Virus record (IMG/VR): IMGVR_UViG_2648501873_000011
DNA from: a virus
Lineage: Duplodnaviria > Heunggongvirae > Uroviricota > Caudoviricetes
Direction: 5' to 3' (one strand)
Length of the DNA: 7,841 bases
The notes below the pieces were generated by a model. It had not been told where the DNA came from, did not search any database, and was given only the letters and a program-made list of their open reading frames with translations. The position numbers and the translations under genes are program-made. Within the stretch, counting starts at the first letter, position 1; every line of letters begins with the position of its first letter. This document shows, one piece after another, positions 1-6,378 of the stretch.

Positions 1-750
1 TCACTGATCTCCTTCGGTCAACGGAGATTGTATTTTCCGCATTGATTCTCCTTTAAGTTCGATCTTGATACTGCCATGAACCAGTCGATCTAGGATGGCA
101 TCCGCATGTGTGGAGTCTCCGATCATTTTGTACCAGTTTTCCACCGGCAACTGGCTCACTACGATGATTGAGCCTCGTTGGTACATCAGATCCACTATTT
201 CCAGCAGGTCGCTACGCTGTTCTGATGAGAGAGGTTCCAGCCCCCAGTCATCCAGAAGCAGCAGATCGCTATTATTCAGCCTGGTCAAAAGTTTGCTGTA
301 TCTTCCATCAGCATGCCCCTGATAGCACTGTTCCATCAGCGCTTTAAGGCGATAATAGTAGACCTTGTATCCCTGTCGGCAGGCATTATGACCAAGTGCA
401 CATGCCAGGAACGTTTTACCGCTGCCGGTGGCCCCGGTCAGTAAAATATTTTGTTTCAGGGTTAACCAGTTTCCCTGACTGAGTGAACGGATGAGGGCCC
501 TGTCCAGCCCTCTATTGTTACGATAATCCAGCTTTGATAACTCAGCATTAAGTCTGAACCGTGCATGTTTGATCAGACGCTCTGCCTTCCTGTTTTCACG
601 GCAGGTTAGTTCTTCTGCTGTCAGTAATGACAGGCGTTCTTCGAAGCCCAGCTCCTGGTATGTGCCCGGTTGAGCAAGTTGCTTTTTAAGCGCATCACGG
701 AAGCCGGTGAGTTTAAGTGCGGTCAGTTGTTCGTAAAGATGATTCATCAT
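1..750 (-). CDS. istB: IS21-family transposition helper ATPase IstB (AAA+ family, DnaC-like)
   Basis: 249-aa ORF with Walker A GATGSGKT and Walker B LLLLDDWG. Starts 11 nt after the istA stop (ATGATG at 745-750 on the minus strand); stop codon TGA at 1-3 (minus strand), so the ORF is complete. Confidence 0.9.
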   Translation of the reverse strand: MMNHLYEQLTALKLTGFRDALKKQLAQPGTYQELGFEERLSLLTAEELTCRENRKAERLIKHARFRLNAELSKLDYRNNRGLDRALIRSLSQGNWLTLKQNILLTGATGSGKTFLACALGHNACRQGYKVYYYRLKALMEQCYQGHADGRYSKLLTRLNNSDLLLLDDWGLEPLSSEQRSDLLEIVDLMYQRGSIIVVSQLPVENWYKMIGDSTHADAILDRLVHGSIKIELKGESMRKIQSPLTEGDQ

Positions 751-761
751 TGGATCCCGTA

Positions 762-2303
762 TCAGTGGTAATACTCACTGCCGCGTACGTTTTCGTGTTC
801 CATCGTGGATAACAGATCTGGTTTTGGATCCTGAACAGGTTGTTTATCCAGACCTTTTTCCAGGATCGATTTAATACCTGACAGACGCCATACCTTTGTT
901 TTCAGAGCTCTTGCACATGCTGCATTAAGTCTGGCTTTACTGTATTTTTTATGAAGGTTCAGGAGTCCAAGGCAGAAGCGATAGCTTTGTTCCGGATGTG
1001 GACGAGAGTTCAGTATATGAAGCACATAACTATGAGTTTCACTGCCTATGTGCCCCGCCCATTCCAGAAGACGCTCTGGCGTCCAGGTGGCATGCTGTCG
1101 ATGAGCTTCAGGCATGTGCTCGTTGCGGGTACTGTAGCCATAAGTACGCTTGCGCGGGTGCACAGCAACCTCCTGCCCCTGATTGAAGAGTCTTACCAGT
1201 TCTCCGGAGATCCATGCTTCCAGTTGCTGGCCTAACAGCGAACATGGAACCGAGTAGTAATGTTTGTCGATTTCCACGTGGTAATCGGCATGAACTCTGA
1301 CTTTCTTCACCAGGGTGTAACTGTAACTGGCTTCAGGAAGAGGCTTCAGTGCGGGTTTATCAAGCTGGATGAAGAGTTCTGCACGTGAATAACCCAACTT
1401 CTGCATTATTTTGTTATTCAGTCTTTCCAGCAACTCCCGAATGCGCTGATTAAGCGATGCAAGGCTGTAGAAGATCTCATGCCTGATTCGGGCCATGATC
1501 CAGCGTTCAACAACCTGAACGCCAACTTCAGCTTTGGCTTTATCTTTCGGTTTACGTGGCCGCGCAGGCAAAACTGCGACATTATAATGCTCAAGCATCT
1601 GCTGGTAGGTAGGGTTAACGTCAGGATCATACTTACATGCCCTGGATGTGGCGCTTTTCAGATTGTCCGGAACAACAAGTTCAGGAACGCCACCCAACCA
1701 CTGGAAGCAGCGAACATGACTCATCACCCAGTCTTCAAGCTGCTGAGACCAGGTGGCCTCTGCCCATGTGTAACTTGATGCCCCGAGAACAGCTACGATG
1801 ACCTGAGCAGTTCTTATTTCTCCGGTCTCAGGGTCGGTAACGCCAACGGTAGGTCCACAGTAATCAACGAAAAGTTTTTCGCCAGCTTTATGTACCTGAC
1901 GCATTGATGGTGAAGTGGTTTTGAGCCATTCACGGTACATCCGGCAGTAATGGTTATAGCTGTAAAAACCGCCTGGATTACGCTCACAGTATTCTTCCCA
2001 GAGTAGCTGCAGCGTCACGCATTTATTACGCAGTTCCCGGTGTACTGTAGCCCAGTCAGGCAGAGAGTGCTTCTTCATCTTAACCTGGGTCTGAAGGAAC
2101 GCATGTTTTAGTTTTGTATCATCCCATCCTGTAGGTAAGGGCCACTGCTTTATGCCAAGTTGAGCCGCCCGATTAGCATATCTGGATACAACGGAAGGGG
2201 AGATTGCAAGACTACGACCAATTTGTCGATGGCTGAGTCCAACACCGTATTTAAGCCTAAGAATTTCTTTAAGTTTTCTCATAGAAATTGGAACTGTTGG
2301 CAT
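762..2303 (-). CDS. istA: IS21-family transposase IstA (N-terminal HTH plus DDE integrase-like core)
   Basis: 513-aa ORF. N-terminal HTH-like segment (LKYGVGLSHRQIGRSLAISPSVVSRYANRA). Central region with conserved acidic residues (FVDYCGP ... VVPDN ...) consistent with a DDE core. AAGGA Shine-Dalgarno about 5 nt upstream of the ATG on the minus strand. Immediately followed by istB. Confidence 0.9.
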   Translation of the reverse strand: MPTVPISMRKLKEILRLKYGVGLSHRQIGRSLAISPSVVSRYANRAAQLGIKQWPLPTGWDDTKLKHAFLQTQVKMKKHSLPDWATVHRELRNKCVTLQLLWEEYCERNPGGFYSYNHYCRMYREWLKTTSPSMRQVHKAGEKLFVDYCGPTVGVTDPETGEIRTAQVIVAVLGASSYTWAEATWSQQLEDWVMSHVRCFQWLGGVPELVVPDNLKSATSRACKYDPDVNPTYQQMLEHYNVAVLPARPRKPKDKAKAEVGVQVVERWIMARIRHEIFYSLASLNQRIRELLERLNNKIMQKLGYSRAELFIQLDKPALKPLPEASYSYTLVKKVRVHADYHVEIDKHYYSVPCSLLGQQLEAWISGELVRLFNQGQEVAVHPRKRTYGYSTRNEHMPEAHRQHATWTPERLLEWAGHIGSETHSYVLHILNSRPHPEQSYRFCLGLLNLHKKYSKARLNAACARALKTKVWRLSGIKSILEKGLDKQPVQDPKPDLLSTMEHENVRGSEYYH

Positions 2304-2370
2304 AGGTATCCTTTACCGGAATGGCAAAAGATACAGATCAACACACCTGTGAAGTTCCAATAACATTGAT

Positions 2371-2479
2371 GGAGATCACTGAATAACAAAATGAGTCAAA
2401 AGTGATCTCCATCGATGTTATTCAGCGATCTGTTCAAATGTTATTACCCGATCTCGATGGAAGTTATTGAGTGATCTCC
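2371..2479. repeat. Multiple terminal repeats of the IS (putative IstA binding sites), in both orientations
   Basis: GGAGATCACTGAATAAC at 2371-2387; AGTGATCTCC at 2401-2410 (perfect inverted partner of 2371-2380); GTTATTCAGCGATC at 2417-2430; degenerate GTTATTACCCGATCTCG at 2440-2456; GTTATTGAGTGATCTCC at 2463-2479. Five GATC sites fall inside these copies. Confidence 0.7.
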
Positions 2480-2483
2480 TTTC

Positions 2484-2960
2484 ATGAAAATACGCAATCA
2501 GGGCGTCGCGAAGTCCGTCACGCTGCCAAAACTGACCCGTAAGCTCGAAAACTATCGCGGTGCGGGGATGAACGGCAGCGCACCGGTAGACCTCGGCCTT
2601 GATGACGATGCGCTGTCAATGGAGTGGTCGCTCGGGGGCTTCCCGGATTCGGTTATCTGGGAACTTTACGCCGCAACCGGTGTGGATGCCGTGCCGATTC
2701 GTTTTGCAGGCTCTTACCAGCGTGACGATACCGGCGAAACGGTGGCCGTCGAAGTGGTCATGCGTGGCCGTCAGAAAGAAATCGACACCGGCGAGGGTAA
2801 ACAGGGAGAAGACACCGAGTCGAAAATCTCCGTGGTCTGCACCTATTTCCGGCTGACGATGGACGGTAAGGAGCTGGTCGAAATTGACACCATCAACATG
2901 ATTGAGAAGGTGAACGGCGTCGACCGGCTGGAGCAACACCGCCGCAATATCGGCCTGTGA
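2484..2960 (+). pseudogene. FII: Phage P2-type major tail tube protein FII, 5'-truncated by the IS insertion. The ORF start and first ~5 codons (MKIRN) are IS/junction-derived; phage-derived coding sequence begins at ~2497-2499.
   Basis: From QGVAKSVTLPKLTRKLENYRGAGMNG onward the translation matches P2-family tail tube protein through to the C-terminus (..DRLEQHRRNIGL). The conserved N-terminal ~15-20 residues of the family are absent. By recall intact P2 FII is ~172 aa, against 158 aa here. No Shine-Dalgarno precedes the ATG at 2484. Confidence 0.8.
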
Positions 2961-2967
2961 TTTTCAT

Positions 2968-2988
2968 CCGGTCAGCCTGGCTGACCGG
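2968..2988 (+). other. Intergenic inverted repeat (possible RNA stem-loop) between FII and E
   Basis: CCGGTCAG-CCTGG-CTGACCGG: 8-bp perfect stem with a 5-nt loop, starting 8 nt after the FII stop. No U-tract follows, so it is not a canonical intrinsic terminator. Confidence 0.3.
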
Positions 2989-3016
2989 TTAACCCTGATT
3001 CAGAAGTGAGAAAACC

Positions 3017-3292
3017 ATGAACAAAGAAAATGTGATTACCCTGGACAATCCGGTCAAGCGTGGTGAGCAGGTTATCGAACAGGTCACGCTGATGAAACCC
3101 AATGCCGGGACGCTGCGCGGTGTCAGTCTGGCTGCGGTCGCAAACTCCGAAGTCGATGCACTGATTAAAGTGCTGCCGCGCATGACGGCACCGATGCTGA
3201 CTGAGCAGGAGGTCGCCGCGCTGGAGCTGCCTGACCTTGTGGCGCTGGCCGGTAAGGTGGTCGGTTTTTTGTCGCCGAACTCGGTGCAGTAA
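3017..3292 (+). CDS. E: Phage P2-type tail assembly chaperone E
   Basis: 91-aa ORF (MNKENVITLDNPVKRGEQ...) in the position of P2 gene E between FII and T. It ends shortly after a TTTTTTG slippery site. Confidence 0.9.
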   Translation: MNKENVITLDNPVKRGEQVIEQVTLMKPNAGTLRGVSLAAVANSEVDALIKVLPRMTAPMLTEQEVAALELPDLVALAGKVVGFLSPNSVQ

Positions 3293-3444
3293 CGTTTCCG
3301 AAAAATCTCTCGGTCGATGACCTGATGGCGGATGTGGCAGTGATATTTCACTGGCCGCCATCAGAACTGTATCCCATGAGCCTGACCGAACTCATCACAT
3401 GGCGCGAAAAGGCGCTCCGGCGAAGCGGAAACACGAATGAGTAA
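3017..3444 (+). CDS. E+E': Tail assembly chaperone E+E', made by programmed -1 ribosomal frameshift at T TTT TTG (3265-3271)
   Basis: Manual translation of the -1 frame after the slippery heptamer gives ...GFFVAELGAVTFPKNLSVDDLMADVAVIFHWPPSELYPMSLTELITWREKALRRSGNTNE, with stop TAA at 3442-3444. The fusion is 142 aa, the length recalled for P2 E+E'. The -1 frame has no ATG, which is why no separate ORF appears in the track. Confidence 0.8.
3265..3271 (+). promoter_or_regulatory. -1 programmed frameshift slippery heptamer (X XXY YYZ = T TTT TTG)
   Basis: Six Ts followed by G, positioned in the E reading frame as GGT TTT TTG; the downstream -1 frame stays open for 57 codons to 3444. Confidence 0.8.
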
Positions 3445-5884
3445 CAATGTAAAATTACAGGTATTGCTCAGGGCTGTTGACCAGGCATCCCGCCCGTTTA
3501 AATCCATCCGCACAGCGAGTAAGTCGCTGTCGGGGGATATCCGGGAAACACAAAAATCACTGCGCGAGCTGAACGGTCACGCATCCCGTATTGAGGGATT
3601 TCGCAAGACCAGCGCACAGCTTGCCGTGACTGGTCATGCACTTGAAAAGGCACGGCAGGAAGCCGAAGCACTTGCCACACAGTTTAAAAACACTGAACGT
3701 CCGACCCGTGCTCAGGCGAAAGTGCTGGAATCCGCAAAGCGTGCGGCGGAGGACTTACAGGCGAAATATAACCGCCTGACGGATTCCGTTAAGCGCCAGC
3801 AGCGGGAACTGGCCGCTGTGGGAATTAATACCCGCAATCTTGCACATGATGAGCAGGGACTGAAAAACCGTATCAGTGAAACCACCGCACAGCTTAACCG
3901 GCAGCGTGACGCGCTGGCGCGTGTCAGTGCGCAACAGGCAAAACTTAATGCAGTAAAACAGCGTTATCAGGCCGGAAAGGAACTGGCCGGAAATATGGCC
4001 TCAGTGGGCGCTGCCGGTGTGGGGATTGCGGCGGCGGGAACGATGGCCGGAGTTAAGTTGCTGATGCCCGGTTATGAGTTTGCGCAGAAAAACTCAGAAT
4101 TGCAGGCCGTGCTCGGAGTGGCAAAAGACTCCGCCGAAATGACCGCACTACGCAAACAGGCGCGCCAGCTCGGCGACAATACCGCCGCCTCGGCGGATGA
4201 TGCGGCCGGTGCACAGATAATCATCGCGAAAGCGGGTGGGGATGTTGATGCCATTCAGGCGGCAACGCCGGTCACGCTGAATATGGCGCTGGCGAACCGC
4301 CGCACGATGGAAGAAAACGCCGCCCTGCTGATGGGGATGAAATCCGCCTTTCAGCTTTCAAACGATAAGGTCGCTCATATCGGGGATGTTCTCTCCATGA
4401 CGATGAACAAAACCGCCGCCGATTTTGACGGCATGAGCGATGCGCTGACCTATGCCGCACCTGTGGCAAAAAATGCCGGTGTCAGCATTGAAGAAACCGC
4501 CGCAATGGTCGGGGCGCTGCATGATGCAAAAATCACAGGCTCAATGGCGGGGACGGGAAGCCGTGCCGTGTTAAGCCGCCTGCAGGCACCGACGGGAAAA
4601 GCATGGGATGCACTCAAAGAGCTTGGAGTGAAAACCTCAGACAGCAAGGGAAACACCCGGCCAATATTTACCATTCTGAAAGAAATGCAGGCCAGTTTTG
4701 AGAAAAACCGGCTCGGTACTGCCCAGCAGGCTGAATACATGAAAACCATTTTCGGGGAGGAGGCCAGCTCAGCCGCCGCCGTGCTGATGACTGCCGCCTC
4801 AACCGGAAAGCTGGACAAACTGACCGCTGCGTTTAAAGCCTCAGACGGGAAGACCGCCGAGCTGGTAAATATCATGCAGGACAACCTCGGCGGTGACTTT
4901 AAAGAGTTTCAGTCCGCTTATGAGGCGGTGGGGACTGACCTGTTTGACCAGCAGGAAGGCGCACTGCGTAAGCTCACGCAGACGGCCACAAAGTATGTGT
5001 TAAAACTCGACGGCTGGATCCAGAAAAACAAATCACTGGCGTCAACCATCGGCCTCATTGCCGGTGGCGCACTGGCGCTTACTGGCATCATCGGTGCCAT
5101 TGGTCTTGTAGCCTGGCCGGTTATCACCGGCATCAATGCCATCATTGCTGCAGCAGGCGCAATGGGGGCAATTTTCACGACGGTTGGCAGTGCCGTTATG
5201 ACGGCCATCGGGGCGATTAGCTGGCCGGTAGTGGCCGTGGTGGCCGCCATTGTCGCCGGAGCGTTACTTATCCGTAAATACTGGGAGCCTGTCAGCGCAT
5301 TCTTTGGCGGTGTGGTGGAAGGGCTGAAAGCGGCATTTGCGCCGGTGGGAGAACTGTTCACGCCACTTAAGCCGGTGTTTGACTGGCTGGGTGAAAAGTT
5401 ACAGGCTGCGTGGCAGTGGTTTAAAAACCTGATTGCCCCGGTCAAAGCCACCCAGGACACCCTGAACCGTTGCCGTGACACGGGCGTCATGTTCGGGCAG
5501 GCACTGGCTGACGCGCTGATGCTGCCGCTTAATGCGTTCAACAAATTACGCAGCGGCATTGACTGGGTACTGGAAAAGCTCGGGTTCATCAACAAAGAGT
5601 CAGACACACTTGACCAGACAGCCGCCAGAACTCATGCCGCCACGTATGGCACCGGTGGTTATATTCCGGCGACCAGCTCTTATGCAGGTTATCAGGCTTA
5701 TCAGCCGGTTACGGCACCGGCTGGCCGCTCTTATGTGGACCAGAGTAAAAACGAATATCACATCAGCCTGACGGGTGGTACTGCGCCGGGGACACAGCTT
5801 GACCGCCAGTTACAGGATGCGCTCGAAAAATACGAGCGGGATAAACGTGCGCGCGCCCGTGCCAGCATGATGCATGACGGTTAA
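3437..5884 (+). CDS. T: Phage P2-type tail tape measure protein T
   Basis: 815-aa ORF directly after E/E'. The N-terminal ~180 residues are rich in heptad-like charged/Ala/Leu/Gln sequence (coiled-coil character). A long Gly/Ala/Ile hydrophobic segment (LASTIGLIAGGALALTGIIGAIGLVAWPVITGINAIIAAAGAMGAIFTT...ALLIRKYW, about nt 5036-5285) is typical of tape measure proteins. Confidence 0.92.
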   Translation: MSNNVKLQVLLRAVDQASRPFKSIRTASKSLSGDIRETQKSLRELNGHASRIEGFRKTSAQLAVTGHALEKARQEAEALATQFKNTERPTRAQAKVLESAKRAAEDLQAKYNRLTDSVKRQQRELAAVGINTRNLAHDEQGLKNRISETTAQLNRQRDALARVSAQQAKLNAVKQRYQAGKELAGNMASVGAAGVGIAAAGTMAGVKLLMPGYEFAQKNSELQAVLGVAKDSAEMTALRKQARQLGDNTAASADDAAGAQIIIAKAGGDVDAIQAATPVTLNMALANRRTMEENAALLMGMKSAFQLSNDKVAHIGDVLSMTMNKTAADFDGMSDALTYAAPVAKNAGVSIEETAAMVGALHDAKITGSMAGTGSRAVLSRLQAPTGKAWDALKELGVKTSDSKGNTRPIFTILKEMQASFEKNRLGTAQQAEYMKTIFGEEASSAAAVLMTAASTGKLDKLTAAFKASDGKTAELVNIMQDNLGGDFKEFQSAYEAVGTDLFDQQEGALRKLTQTATKYVLKLDGWIQKNKSLASTIGLIAGGALALTGIIGAIGLVAWPVITGINAIIAAAGAMGAIFTTVGSAVMTAIGAISWPVVAVVAAIVAGALLIRKYWEPVSAFFGGVVEGLKAAFAPVGELFTPLKPVFDWLGEKLQAAWQWFKNLIAPVKATQDTLNRCRDTGVMFGQALADALMLPLNAFNKLRSGIDWVLEKLGFINKESDTLDQTAARTHAATYGTGGYIPATSSYAGYQAYQPVTAPAGRSYVDQSKNEYHISLTGGTAPGTQLDRQLQDALEKYERDKRARARASMMHDG

Positions 5885-5898
5885 GGAGGTGATGAAAA

Positions 5899-6378
5899 AT
5901 GATGCTCGCGTTAGGGATGTTTGTTTTTATGCGCCAGACGCTGCCACACCAGACCATGCAGCGTGAATCAGATTATCGCTGGCCGTCAAATTCCCGTATC
6001 GGTAAACGGGATGCCTACCAGTTTCTAGGTGTGGGTGAGGAAAACATGACGCTTGCCGGTGTGCTTTATCCCGAACTGACCGGCGGCAAGCTGACGATGA
6101 CCACGCTCAGACTGATGGCAGAGGAAGGCCGGGCGTGGCCGTTGCTGGATGGCACCGGCATGATTTACGGTATGTATGTCATCAGCAAGGTGAGTGAAAC
6201 AGGGAGTATTTTCTTTGCCGACGGCACACCCCGGAAAATTGATTTTACGCTGTCACTTACCCGCGTTGATGAATCACTGGCCGCGCTTTATGGCGATATC
6301 GGTAAACAGGCGGAATCGCTCATCGGTAAGGCGGGCAGTATGGCAACTAAATTCACGGGTATGACGGGGGCGGGATAA
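5899..6378 (+). CDS. U: Phage P2-type tail protein U
   Basis: 159-aa ORF (MMLALGMFVFMRQTLPHQ...). Strong Shine-Dalgarno AAGGAGGTGA at 5883-5892. Lies between T and D as in P2. Confidence 0.85.
   Translation: MMLALGMFVFMRQTLPHQTMQRESDYRWPSNSRIGKRDAYQFLGVGEENMTLAGVLYPELTGGKLTMTTLRLMAEEGRAWPLLDGTGMIYGMYVISKVSETGSIFFADGTPRKIDFTLSLTRVDESLAALYGDIGKQAESLIGKAGSMATKFTGMTGAG

Larger units (their letters stand above)
1..2496 (-). mobile_element. IS21-family insertion sequence, partial in window. The istA-proximal terminus is inside the window; the istB-distal terminus lies left of position 1. The boundary at ~2480-2497 is approximate.
   Basis: Two-gene istA-istB arrangement on the minus strand with an 11-nt gap; multiple copies of a ~17-bp motif upstream of istA; recognisable P2 FII coding sequence resumes abruptly at ~2497-2499. 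The element plausibly ends in ...CA at 2496, but no reference was available to confirm. Confidence 0.85.

Noticed and set aside
95-2363. Small plus-strand ORFs (62-99 aa) inside the IS, antisense to istA/istB
   Set aside because: All lie opposite the well-supported transposase and helper genes and have no motifs or start signals.
2371-2479. Possible CRISPR array suggested by the closely spaced repeats
   Set aside because: The repeats are short (about 10-17 bp), irregularly spaced, in both orientations, and sit exactly at the transposase-proximal end of an IS. This is IS21-type terminal repeat architecture, not a CRISPR array.
2599-2939. Overlapping ORFs (85 aa plus strand, 107 aa minus strand) inside FII
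   Set aside because: Alternative-frame or antisense ORFs within a clearly recognisable tail tube coding frame.
2972-3361. Minus-strand ORFs (129 aa, 120 aa) antisense to E and the E' extension
   Set aside because: This region is explained by E and the frameshift-extended E+E'; the antisense translations have no recognisable features.
4072-4469. Short minus-strand ORFs (60 aa and 65 aa) inside T
   Set aside because: Antisense shadow ORFs; no ribosome-binding site or family resemblance.
4450-5607. Long minus-strand ORFs (144 aa at 4450-4884 and 229 aa at 4918-5607) antisense to the tape measure gene
   Set aside because: Their translations are low-complexity Ala/Ser/Thr/Pro-rich strings with no recognisable motifs, as expected for shadow ORFs opposite a GC-rich, Ala/Gly-rich coding region. 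The sense strand carries a coherent 815-aa tape measure protein.
5892-5894. Alternative ATG at 5892 upstream of U
   Set aside because: It is out of frame with the U ORF and too close to the Shine-Dalgarno (AAGGAGG at 5883-5889); 5899 or 5902 are the properly spaced in-frame starts.
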